The notes under the pieces were generated by a model, which was not told the DNA's origin, searched no databases, and saw only the letters and a program-made list of their open reading frames with translations. Both the position numbers and the translations under genes were made by a program. DNA of 63,849 bases, filler included, from Octopus bimaculoides (lineage: Eukaryota), in assembly GCF_001194135.2 (NCBI RefSeq). It is 6 parts of 6 records of this genome, joined end to end, with 100 filler letters (N's around TTAATTAATTAA, not from the genome) between each part and the next. Parts side by side here need not be neighbours in the genome. Positions count along the whole stretch, not along the records: positions 1 to 20,278 come from NC_069003.1; positions 20,379 to 31,356 come from NW_026397933.1; 4 more parts are not named here. One strand, written 5' to 3'. This document shows positions 11,386-23,076 of this stretch, in pieces (the stretch's first letter is position 1; the number at the start of each line of letters is the position of its first letter).

Positions 11386-11431
<46 letters not shown>

Positions 11432-11815
11432 GAAACAGAGAAACAGACAGACAGGCAGACGGACAGATAGCTAGCTAGATAGTGTGAGAGAGACGGAAAG
11501 GTCTTTGGTATCCACGGTATTTTTGTTTTAATTCAAACGTAATTGGTAATTGTTACATCTGTTCTTTCTCGTTTTGTGCGTGCCATTGTTGCTGATGTTG
11601 CTGTTGTTGTCGATGTAGATGTTACTGTTGTAGTAATTGTTGTTGTTGTTCTTGCTGCTGTTGTGTAATTTACACGTTTTGTTTAATTATTCAATCCAGA
11701 GACAGGTGAGTCAGCACTTCATCTCAAGTACTCAACTTTCATTGTTGTTCTGAATATATGTATATATGTACCGTCCTTATCTGTAAATCATTAAATAAAA
11801 TACACACACAGGCAC

Positions 11816-11879
<64 letters not shown>

Positions 11880-12057
11880 ATATATACGTATGTTTATGTG
11901 AGTATATATACATACAGTATATATATATGTGTGTGTGTGTAGATATATAGTATACATACATACATACATACATATATACACATACATATTTACATATATA
12001 TATATATACATACAAATATGCATACATAAATATATACATACAAATATGCATACATAA

Positions 12058-12088
<31 letters not shown>

Positions 12089-12210
12089 CATGTATATTGG
12101 GTTAAGAGGTGCTAGTATATATTTACAGATACACACAAACACTTATCTACGTGTATAGATTTACATGTATGTGTGTATAAATATGAATGTATACATAGCA
12201 TACATAAGTC

Positions 12211-12321
<111 letters not shown>

Positions 12322-12717
12322 AAGAAAGATACTGGAAGCGTTGAAACACCTGCAATCTCAAGAGGATGACAACACAAACAATCAAATATTTTGCAGTGAA
12401 GATATTCATCTTTCAGAAACTTATCGTTTCTCTTGTTTTTATATTTCTTCTTGTTTTATCCAACCGCCAGCTGTTGCCTTAACTCCAGGTCACCTATTAC
12501 TCAGAAAGTCTATGATCAAAAGTCATTCTAGTCATGACCATTGCTTCTTCTCCCGCTTTTAGGACATTGCATACCCAAGGTTGTTCTATGCAATGACGCC
12601 TTACGTTTGCAAGATGAGAGGTTGATGAAGGCCCACTACGCCTAACCACGCAGAGGTCCCTTTGCAGGGCAACATTTTAACATCGATGTAGTTCGTAGAG
12701 ATTGTTGAGGATATAAT

Positions 12718-13035
12718 CAGGCGTGGCTGTGTGGTAAGAATTTCGATTCCCAACCACATGGTTATGGGTTCAGTCTCACTACGAGGCACCTTGGGCAAGT
12801 GTCTTCTACTATAGCCTTGGGCATTGTGAGTGGATTTCGTCTGTGTTTAACGCCCACCACCGTTTGACAACTGGTGTTGGTGTGTTTAACTCCCTGTAAC
12901 TTAGCGGTTCAGCAACAGTTTTCGATAGAATAACTCCCAGGCTAAAATAAAAAAGCACCGGAGTTGATTCTTCGACTAAAATTCTTCAAGGCAGTGCCCC
13001 AGCATGGCCACTGTCTAATGACCGAAGCAAGTACG
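12718..13035 (+). mobile_element. SINE family B
   Basis: caggcgtggctgtgtggtaagaa...caccttgggcaagtgtcttctactatagc...cagcatggccac. Confidence 0.8.
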
Positions 13036-13372
13036 AGAAAAGAACATCTAGACATTACTGTTTCGAATCCTAGGAGTCAAACGACTGGTTACCTGGTTTC
13101 CATGGCGATTAATTGGTTGAGACAATGTTCGCCCCGAACATGACGCCAGAGATAATCTCCGTCGCAGAGATACTGATTTACAACTGAGTATCCACATACA
13201 GCTTGATAACCTGTGTTGGTTTGTTTATGTCTATATAAGCTGGTGATTCGTCAAAAGAACTCCTAGAATAAGTACCAGACTTTAAAATCTTAAGTATTGG
13301 GATTATTTAAAACCATGTCTGCAAGTCGGTGTTTCAAGTATGGGTGAAACCCAGAGACTGTAATAAATATAA

Positions 13373-13425
<53 letters not shown>

Positions 13426-13809
13426 NNNNNNNNNNNNNNNNNNNNNNNNNNNNNNNNNNNNNNNNNNNNNNNNNNNNNNNNNNNNNNNNNNNNNNNNNNN
13501 NNNNNNNNNNNNNNNNNNNNNNNNNNNNNNNNNNNNNNNNNNNNNNNNNNNNNNNNNNNNNNNNNNNNNNNNNNNNNNNNNNNNNNNNNNNNNNNNNNNN
13601 NNNNNNNNNNNNNNNNNNNNNNNNNNNNNNNNNNNNNNNNNNNNNNNNNNNNNNNNNNNNNNNNNNNNNNNNNNNNNNNNNNNNNNNNNNNNNNNNNNNN
13701 NNNNNNNNNNNNNNNNNNNNNNNNNNNNNNNNNNNNNNNNNNNNNNNNNNNNNNNNNNNNNNNNNNNNNNNNNNNNNNNNNNNNNNNNNNNNNNNNNNNN
13801 NNNNNNNNN

Positions 13810-13860
<51 letters not shown>

Positions 13861-14369
13861 GTACATGTGTAGGTATCTGTGTATGTGCATATGTGTGTTT
13901 GTGTTTGCCCCCACCACCATCACCACAACCTCACATTTATGTTGGTTTGTTTACGTCCTCGTAACTTCGTAGTTAGGCAAAAAAAAAGGTCCAAGGTCGT
14001 GAGAATAAGTACCAGACTTTAAAATGAGTACTGGGGTGGATTTGTTTTTTCCTTTACACTCATCAATCCGATACCCTAGAGTGGCCACAGTCTAATGACT
14101 GAAGCCATTAAAAGATACACACGCATATATATACTTATATATGCCTATATATGTACATATATGCATGTATGTGTGTATATGTATGTATATACATACATGC
14201 ATGCATACAGACTCACATAGACATATCTGCAAATAGACTACATAACTACATAAACGCATACATATTTATATACACACACATACGAATATACACATGTATG
14301 TATGCATGTATGTATGTATGTACGTATGTACGCACATGCGTACCTATGTGTGTATTATTGTGTGGATAT

Positions 14370-15690
14370 GTCATTGTTCAGTTTTATTCCAAGATTTCTT
14401 ACCAATAGAGAAAGAGCCGGTTTCTAACCTAGATCCAAGGCTCCTTCACTGGAATTTCAACATCAACAGGGTATTTTTCTATGTGTGTATGTATGTATGT
14501 ATGTATGTATGTATGTATGTATATGTACAGATTTGTATGTCTTGTTTTATGTATGCATTCTCATGCATATAGTTGCATGTCTAGACATGCTCATATATAT
14601 TTAAATGATAAACTTCTGGAAAATTTTACAGAATTTTACAGTTCCATTGATGGACTGGATCTGTAATCTTTGAATCAGCTTTCTTCATTCCGGTTTTGAG
14701 AGGCCTAATTTCTCAAGACTGATATTTAGGCAGTGTGTTGCATGTGTAGGCAGGGCCTCAATAATTACAGGTATAAACTTGAACTTGTAATCTGGATAGA
14801 GTAACTGCAGATTTCCCAATAATTCAGCGTAGGTGTTCTCTTTTTCGCTGATCTTCAGCTTTATGTTAACATCATGTTAATTTCCTCAACTGTGCACAGT
14901 TTCTCTTCTCTATCCCAAATCATTATATCAGGTCTGTTTTGCTTACATTTTATTGAGGTCTTCACTGGGACATTCCACCAGTACTCCTTTTTATTATGAA
15001 TGGCTATGGCTTCTACCATTCTTTGGGTTCTTATTTCTTTGTCCTCTGAGCTCTCCTTCCGATGGATTTCATTATTAGACTGTCCTAGCTACAACATCAC
15101 GTCTCATCAGTAGATAATACCGTGATGACATATTCGGAAAACTGCTTATGATGTGGGTGATATCTTCGGTGTTAACCCCACAAAGTCCGCATCGGTTGTC
15201 TTATTTTACTGCTTTTTCTGCATCTCTATCATTTATGTGCATCAGGTATTCGGTTCATATTTCCTGTTCCTGGATTGCAAACGCATACCCTTCAAAGTGA
15301 GAAGTGGTAATTCGGCTATTGGTCCATAATAGACTGCTTTGATGATCAATGTTACTATCATCTCGGAGTTTTCTACTAACATATCCATGCGTAGTCTTCT
15401 GCTCATAGAGGCTCATCCTTTCATCTGATGATACGTTACGGTAGAGTCGTGCGACTTCTTTGAGCATGATATTCTATGTTAACAGACAAGAATGTTGCTT
15501 GAGGAGCTGCCTTCCAAGTCTTATGATGCTATCAGCCTCATGTATGCAAACTTGGTCAAGCGATGCACTTCGACACTTGGTGGTTAAAAGATGTTGCCGG
15601 ATGTATATATGATATTCAAAGGCATTTTGTATCTATGTTAAGCCTCTACCGCCTTGTTTTCGTTTAAGATAAAAGCAGTCTATGTCACTG
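14370..15690 (-). mobile_element. 5'-truncated RLE-type non-LTR retrotransposon (R4/Dong-like) in a (TATG)n tract
   Basis: FYLKRKQGGRGL (thumb), HFEGYAFAIQEQEI, KCKQNRPDIMIWD (RLE), LYPDYKFKFIPVI...IQSINGTVKF terminus and a 3' UTR. Multiple stops. Confidence 0.85.
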
Positions 15691-16540
15691 TTTGTTTGTT
15701 TATATGTATGTATATGTAATAATGTATGTATGTATGTATGTATGTAATAATGTATGTATGTATGTAATAATGTATGTATGTAATAATGTATGTATGTAAT
15801 AATGTATGTATGTAATAATGTATGTGCAGACATATATTATCGTCATCACCATCGCTATATTTGTTGTCATTAATCTCGTCTTCAAAGCTATCGCCATTGT
15901 CAGTTTCTGCTGAAACAGTAAAAACGAGATGAAGGGTTTGGCTGCTTTTACAAGACAAACACTGGACAAGACAAACACTGGAGAAGTGCATTGCACATAC
16001 GTACATGCACACAGGCACACACACATACGCACACCACCCTCGCAATTTATAAAGGTGTATGCATGTATACTAATATATACTTTTGTTATTTACACCACCT
16101 GTCCTCGTCTGTTGTTATTTTTTGTATATTCTCCCATATATATATATCTGTGTGTGCATTGTGTGCGTGTATTTCTACGCCTGTGTAGACTTTACGACAC
16201 GAGAACGGCGTAGAGTAAATATTTATGCATTGTGATTCTGCGAACATTTTCTGTTATTACACATCACTCATAGTTCCGTCAAAAGCCCCGAAAGCGATCA
16301 AACGTTAAACCAGATACTCTGAGGGGAAACAGGGAATGATCTCATATCTGCAACATCTGTGTGCATGTATGCATGGGTGTATGGAAAGTTATATGTGCAT
16401 ATATCAATATATATATATGTGTGTGTGTGTGTGCGTGGGTGGGTGTCGGTTTGTTGTTATTTATGTGTATATGTATATATATATGAACATATATGTGAAG
16501 ATGCGTGTGCACGCGCGCGCGCGTGTGCGTGCGTGCGTGC

Positions 16541-16580
<40 letters not shown>

Positions 16581-16623
16581 GCGTGTGCGTGTGCGTGTGC
16601 GTGTGCGTGTGTGTGTGTGTGTG

Positions 16624-16690
16624 TGGAAGCGCGATGGCCCAGTGGTTAGGGCAGCGGGCTCGCGGTCGTAGGATTTCGGTTTCGATTCCC
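16624..16690 (+). mobile_element. tRNA-like SINE head, truncated at the B box
   Basis: TGGCCCAGTGGTTAGG (A box) ... GGTTTCGATTCCC (B box). No acceptor-stem 3' half or SINE body follows. Confidence 0.75.
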
Positions 16691-17637
16691 ATTTACAAAG
16701 ATAATGCCCAAGCCTTAACTGCAAATACTAATGGACCAGCGCAGGATCGGTTTAGGAAGGGCATTATCCATTTGATGAAAACTTTCAGTCTTAGCATAAC
16801 TACAGATACCAACCTGACGGTTGTCAACTTCCTAGATGTATCCTTAGATCTAAATAAGAATATTTATAAACCTTATAGGAAGCCTAACGATAGACTTAGT
16901 TATATTAATGTGGGTTCCTGCCATCCCCCCATAGTGTTTAAAAATTTAGTTAAAAACATTAGCAAAAGAATTTCTAGCTTCTCCGATAGGGACATTTTTA
17001 ATAGTGTTGCCCCAGTATATAATAAGGCTCTAAAAGATAGTGGATTTAGCGAGGAAATAACCTATACACCTGCCACCAGTCCAGTAATAAAGAAAAGAAA
17101 GCATAGAAATAGGAAAACTATCTGGTTCACACCCCGCTACTCACCCGGAGTGACCTTTAATATAGGCAGATATTTCTTAGCACTGATAAATAGACATTTT
17201 CCAATCAACCATAGATACAGAAAGCTCTTCAACAGATATAACTTAAAAATCAGTCTCAGCTCAACTACCAATTTTAAAAATATAATCGCACACAACACAC
17301 AAAAACCACAATATGAGACCAGCTATTCATGCAGGGTTAAAAATTTGTGCCCGCTAAATGGGGCTTGCATGTCCGAGATAATCATTTATGAAGCCACCGT
17401 GGACTCTATATCCACTAAGGACACAGTCTCGACGAAGAAATTCGTAGGCCTTACAGAGAGTAGTTTCAAGACCAGGTTCAATAATCACACCTTGAGCTTC
17501 AGGCACTGGGATAAAAGGAAAACGATCAAATTATCCAGTCATATATGATCTTTAAAAGATAAAGGTGTCAGTTACAACATGCATTGGAAGATCTTAGCCA
17601 AGTGTAAGCCCTACACCAACGGCAGTGGAAAGTGCGG
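16691..17637 (+). mobile_element. Penelope-like element 3' half: RT palm/thumb, Cys linker and GIY-YIG endonuclease (Hydra-clade-like)
   Basis: IYKDN (decayed YxDD), VNFLDVSLDL, YKPYRKPN, RKTIWFTP, (Y)SCRVKNLCPLNGAC, IIYEA...FVGLTE...FKTRFNNH. One TGA at a conserved Trp (17546-17548), then SLKDKG...WKIL...GSGKC. Confidence 0.9.
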
Positions 17638-17744
17638 TCGTCATCATTACCATCATCATCATCATCATCATCATCGCCGCTGTCATTGCCGTCGTCTTTG
17701 TCGTCATCATCATCATCCTCATCATCATCGTCGTCAGCAAGTTC

Positions 17745-18165
17745 GGAAGTGGGGTTCAGTCGATTACATTGACCCCCTCAGTCCTCAACTGGCGCTTATT
17801 TTGTCGACCCAAAAAGGATAAAAGACAAAGTCAGTTTCGGCGGCATTTGAACCCAAGATAGTAAAGACAGACGAAATGTCGCTAAGTAATTTGCCCGGTG
17901 CGATGACAATTCTGCCAGTTCGTCGCCTTTAACAAGAATAATTCTGGTCTCAAATTTTGGCACAAGACCAAAAAGCTTGGAAGAGGGGTTAAGTCAATTA
18001 CATCGACCCCCAGTGTTCAATTGGCGCTTATTTTGTCGATTCGAAAGGATGAAAGGCAAAGTCGACCTCGGTGGAATTTGAACCCAAGATCGTAAAGCAA
18101 AACGCAATGCCGTTAAGCAATTTTCTCAGCGCGATAACGATTCAGCCAGCTCGCTGCCTTTAACA
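17745..18165 (-). mobile_element. Two tandem SINE family A copies
   Basis: Two reverse-complement family A bodies (17745-17930, 17975-18165). Confidence 0.7.
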
Positions 18166-18194
18166 ACAGTAACATTATCTCTAGCATCACCATC

Positions 18195-18590
18195 AACATC
18201 ACTCTGGTTAACAGCGGCAGCAGCAGCACCGTGCCTACCACTAGCAATACTGCTAACATTATACCCATCATCATCATCATCCTCATCATTGTCGTTGTCA
18301 TCAGCATCATCGTCATCGTAGTCGTCGCCGTCATCATCATCATCTTTATCATCGTCATCATCATCATCGTCGTCATCACCATCATCATCATCATCACCTT
18401 TGTCGTTGTCATCATCATCATCTTTGTTATCATCATCGTTATCATCATCGTCATCATCATCATCACCTTTGTCGTCGTCGTCATCATCGTCATCATCATC
18501 ACCTTTGTCGTCGTCATCATCATCATCATCGTCGTCGTCATCTTCCCCATCACTATCATCACCATCTGCATCACCGTTATTGCCCTGATA
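18195..18590. repeat. Degenerate (CAT/CGT)n trinucleotide array
   Basis: Directly visible, with a recurring atcatcatcacctttgtcgtc subunit. Confidence 0.9.
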
Positions 18591-19917
18591 ATGTTCATTA
18601 CGACTCGTACAACCTCTCCCGGTACATGACCATGCAGAAAGAATATTTAGTTTCCGTAGGAGGAACTACAAAGCAAAAAAGAGAAAAGGGGGTGACCAAG
18701 GTAAGCAGAGAGAAAGAGAGGGGGGGGAGAAAAGAGAAAGAGAAAATATCGACAAAGTGGGAGGCGAATATGAGCGAATTTGAATTGGAATATGGGTACA
18801 TATATGTAAGTGTGTGTCTACATATCAACCTGCTTATGCATGTTTGTACTTTAGAGTAAAAAGCAGAAGGGAAAAAAAACGGGAAAATGAGAGAGAGGGG
18901 GGGGAGGGACAGACGGACAAAAAGAGAAGAGGGGAAGAGGGAGAGGAAAAGGAAGAGAGAAAGAGAGAGAGAAAGACTGAATTAGATAAACACTCAGAAA
19001 CAAAGACAGACATGTAAAGAAAATAGAAACGGACAGTAACTTGTGAAGAACACATCCGCCGTTTGAATGGATGAGAAAAAGAGAAAGAGACAGAGAGAGA
19101 GACAGACAGACAGACAGTGAGTATTTGTGTGTGTGTGTATGCGTCCATATATGCGTGTGTATATGTGTGTGTATCTGCAAATGGTTTTGTTTAAAGCTGA
19201 AGATAAAAGCAAATTATTATATTTACATTGTCTGTCGTCTGCAAAGTTTTAAGACAACTAGCTGGTAAGTCGTCTGCTCTTTCCAAACTTTATCATTGTT
19301 ATTTGCATTCTATTTCGTCCTTTCTGTTGTATGGTCTACAAAAAATGGTGGCCATTAGTTTTGTAGCAGTTGTTTTCCATTGTCCGTTTTTGTTGCTGCT
19401 ATTGCCTATTGTTGAATATATAAATATATATATATGTTAGTATAATTATTCCTTGAACATGATGGATAGCAGAGTCACTAGATCGTCGAACTCAATGTAA
19501 TGTAGTATTCAAATGCATTACTTTACGTTCTGTGTTCAAGTTCAACCGGAGTCGAATTTATTTTAGCATTCGTCCTTCTTGGGATCGTTTCCGAGGCGAT
19601 TTAATCGATTGGTTTCTTGTTCTCTCCTTAAAAGGAGATGTTGGAAATCATTTTTGTGGAAGGAACTTTGCTTTGACAGAGAGGGCTTCATTTTGAGTAC
19701 GCTGGTTAGCCTTAGGTGACTGTCTGTTAGGACATTTTCATTTTATTGTAAATTTACAGTATTGATATTTTTGTTTTCGTGTCTGTTTCTCTCAAACTAT
19801 ATATTATTTTCTCATATACGATGCAAAAAAAAAAAAACTACCTGCTTTGTAAATGTCGTTTTAAGTGCCTCCCAATCTTGTGCACTTGTATCAAAATAAA
19901 ATCATCATCATCATCAA

Positions 19918-20100
19918 ACTGGCAGAATCATTAGCACGCCCCGGACAAAATGCTTAGTAGCATGTGTTCCGGCTTGACGTGCTGAGTTCAAATTCCGCTG
20001 AGGTCAACTTTGCCTTTCATCCTTTCGTGGACGATTAAATAAGTACCAGTTACGCACTGGGGTCGATGTAATCGACTTAATCCCTTCCCGAAGGTGCCTT
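19918..20100 (+). mobile_element. SINE family A
   Basis: ctggcagaatcattagcacgcc...gagttcaaattccgctgaggtcaactttgcctttcatcc. Confidence 0.8.
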
Positions 20101-20278
20101 TGTAGCAAAAACTTTAAAATCATCATCTTCATTATTATTATAGGTTGTTTACATTTTTAGTTCAAATAAAGCCGTGGTCATCTCTGATTTTCATTTTTTT
20201 CAAGGCCGATAAAATAAAGTACTTCTGAAATTCTATGGTCGATGTAATCGACTAACTCTCTCCACCTAAAACTTGACT

Positions 20279-20378
20279 NNNNNNNNNNNNNNNNNNNNNN
20301 NNNNNNNNNNNNNNNNNNNNNNTTAATTAATTAANNNNNNNNNNNNNNNNNNNNNNNNNNNNNNNNNNNNNNNNNNNN
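20279..20378. other. Artificial scaffold linker 44N-TTAATTAATTAA-44N
   Basis: Exact 100-bp construct, identical at five sites. Confidence 0.95.
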
Positions 20379-20441
20379 AAAATCCCACGAAGGCCAGCCA
20401 GGCGGTACTGGCAACGGCCACGCTCAAACTGGTGCATTTTG

Positions 20442-22030
20442 TGCAGTGAGAAAAAGAAAAGGAAACATCATTATCAATAATGCAGAAAGTGGAGTGGTTT
20501 CAGAGACTTGATCGTGGTGTGTCTGTGTGGTGGCTTGGTGAAGAATATGGTTGCGGAACTAGCATTGTGTATGACTTAAAGAAACAGAAAAACAAATTAC
20601 TGAAGTTTTATAGTGAGAGTGATTATTACAATCTAAGGGAAAATAGGAAAATACTAGATAGGGCAAAAAAAAAAATGAAGATCTTGACTGTCTGGTGATA
20701 GAATGGATTCAACAACGAAGAAGGAAACATATGCCATTGGATGGTTTGTTGGTCGTGAAACAAGTTAGAATATATCATAAAGGCGAAGACTTATTGGAGC
20801 AAGCGAAAGTGAAAGTGAAATTGTGATGGCACCTGTGCCCAGCGACGCCTTTCTGGCACTTGTGCCCGTGACATGTGTAAGGACTTTCGAGCGAGATCGT
20901 TGCCAGCGCCCATGGACCGGCTCTTGTGCGGGTGGCACATAAAATACACCATTTTGAGCATGGTCGTTGCCAGTACCTCCTGTCTGGCCTTCGTAGGATT
21001 TTCGAGCGAGATCGTTGCCAGCGCCCCTGGACTGGCTCTTGTGCGGGTGGCACATAAAATACACCAGTTTGAGCGTGGCCGTTGCCAGTACCGCCTGACT
21101 GGCCTTCGTAGGATTTTAGAGCGAGATCGTTGCCAGTGCCCCTGGACCGGCTCTTGTGCGGGTGGCACATAAAATACACCATTTTGAGCATGGCCGTTGC
21201 CAGTACCGCCTGACTGGCCTTCGTGCGGGTGACACGTAAAAGCACCCACTACACTCTCTGAGTGGTTGGCGTTAGGANNNNNNNNNNNNNNNNNNNNNNN
21301 NNNNNNNNNNNNNNNNNNNNNNNNNNNNNNNNNNNNNNNNNNNNNNNNNNNNNNNNNNNNNNNNNNNNNNNNNNNNNNNNNNNNNNNNNNNATGGACCGG
21401 CTCTTGTGCGGGTGGCACATAAAATACACCATTTTGAGCATGGCCGTTGCCAGTACCGCCTGACTGGCCTTCGTGCGGGTGACACGTAAAAGCACCCACT
21501 ACACTCTCTGAGTGGTTGGCGTTAGGAATGGCATCCAGCTGTAGAAACTCTGCCAAATCAGATTGGAGCCTGTTGTAGCCATCTGGTTTCACCAGTCCTC
21601 AGCCAAATCGTCCAACCCATGCTAGCATGGAAAGCGGATGTTAAACGACGACGATGATGATGATGATGATGAATTGAACATTGAAGGAGAGTGTTAATAT
21701 TCAGAAGTTTGTCATGGTGTAAAATATCTGAAAATCTGTGGTGAAAAAGCTTCTACTGATTATGAAACTACGGAAAATTACGTAGATGAATTTGCCAAGA
21801 TCGTATCTGATGAAAACCTTTCTCCCGAACAAATTTATAATGCTGGTGAAACAGCTTTGTACAGGCGCTATGTCCCAAGAAAAACTGTAACAACGGCAGA
21901 TGAGACAGCACCAGCAGGTTTTTAAGGATGCTAAGGATAGGTTAACTATTCTTGGGTGTGTTAATGGAGCAGGCACACACAAAGTGAAGTTGGCAGTGAT
22001 TGGGAAAAAGCCAACATTCAACATATCTGA
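20442..22030 (+). mobile_element. Tigger/pogo (CENP-B/Jerky-like) transposase fossil split by an insertion at ~20789-21670
   Basis: MQKVEWFQRLDRGVSV...GTSIVYDLKKQKNKLLKFYSESD (HTH) and EWIQQRR...MPLDG before the insert. ELNIEGEC...LKICGEK...LSPEQIYNAGETAL...[25 protein letters not shown] (DDE) after it. Confidence 0.85.
20789..21670 (+). mobile_element. Non-autonomous retroposon with an internal 115-bp tandem array and a (GAT)n tail (family D)
   Basis: gagcgagatcg recurs at 20889, 21004 and 21119 (period 115). The 3' end ggcgttagga...cccatgctagcatggaaagcgg...(GAT)n is shared with the copies at 30651, 31631 and 52609. Confidence 0.75.
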
Positions 22031-22152
22031 TTGGCGTAGTTAATTCACTTGTGGATTATTACGCAAATGCCTGGTACAGAATTTGGCCAATAACGGTTTG
22101 ATGAAAAGAATCCAAAAGATAACGAGTTTGGAAGATTTCATGTCATTAACCC

Positions 22153-22216
22153 ATCGAAACCGCGATCCTATGACCGCGAGTCCGCTGCCCTAACCACTGG
22201 GCCATTGCGCCTCCAC
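22153..22216 (-). mobile_element. tRNA-like SINE head, truncated at the B box
   Basis: Reverse complement gtggaggcgcaatggcccagtggttagggcagcggactcgcggtcataggatcgcggtttcgat, the same head as 16624-16690. Confidence 0.75.
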
Positions 22217-23076
22217 TCTCTATAGAAATATTATGGTAATATGTATCCCTGTAATTGTGGATCATGTATTCTTGTTATTTGTGATGTTAATTATCTCATT
22301 ATTTCTTTTCCCATTATATTACTCTACAAGTGGANNNNNNNNNNNNNNNNNNNNNNNNNNNNNNNNNNNNNNNNNNNNNNNNNNNNNNNNNNNNNNNNNN
22401 NNNNNNNNNNNNNNNNNNNNNNNNNNNNNNNNNNNNNNNNNNNNNNNNNNNNNNNNNNNNNNNNNNNNNNNNNNNNNNNNNNNNNNNNNNNNNNNNNNNN
22501 NNNNNNNNNNNNNNNNNNNNNNNNNNNNNNNNNNNNNNNNNNNNNNNNNNNNNNNNNNNNNNNNNNNNNNNNNNNNNNNNNNNNNNNNNNNNNNNNNNNN
22601 NNNNNNNNNNNNNNNNNNNNNNNNNNNNNNNNNNNNNNNNNNNNNNNNNNNNNNNNNNNNNNNNNNNNNNNNNNNNNNNNNNNNNNNNNNNNNNNNNNNN
22701 NNNNNNNNNNNNNNNNNNNNNNNNNNNNNNNNNNNNNNNNNNNNNNNNNNNNNNNNNNNNNNNNNNNNNNNNNNNNNNNNNNNNNNNNNNNNNNNNNNNN
22801 NNNNNNNNNNNNNNNNNNNNNNNNNNNNNNNNNNNNNNNNNNNNNNNNNNNNNNNNNNNNNNNNNNNNNNNNNNNNNNNNNNNNNNNNNNNNNNNNNNNN
22901 NNNNNNNNNNNNNNNNNNNNNNNGTCCATATAAGATTTCACAGAAAAATTCAATGAGATATTTAAATATCCTTGTATTGTGCATAGTGTTGGCAATCTTG
23001 ATGATGAAAATTTGCAGGTAGCAAAGGAATATAGTCAGATTGGAGCTGCTTTGTGTGTGTGTGTGAAGGGAGTTCA

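Noticed and set aside
16624-16690. Functional tRNA gene (also the other SINE heads)
   Set aside because: A and B boxes are present but the cloverleaf and acceptor stem are incomplete; these are SINE-derived.
18113-18629. Met/Thr-rich and Ile/Val-rich ORFs
   Set aside because: Frames of a (CAT/CGT)n array, open on both strands because the repeat lacks stops.
20323-20334. TTAATTAATTAA as a piggyBac target or homeodomain site
   Set aside because: Always embedded symmetrically in 44+44 Ns, so it is synthetic.
20860-21260. CRISPR-like array
   Set aside because: A head-to-tail 115-bp tandem repeat with no unique spacers, in eukaryotic context with no cas genes.
21143-21517. Duplication across the 21278-21391 gap
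   Set aside because: An identical sequence on both sides of an N gap is a typical unmerged overlap artefact.
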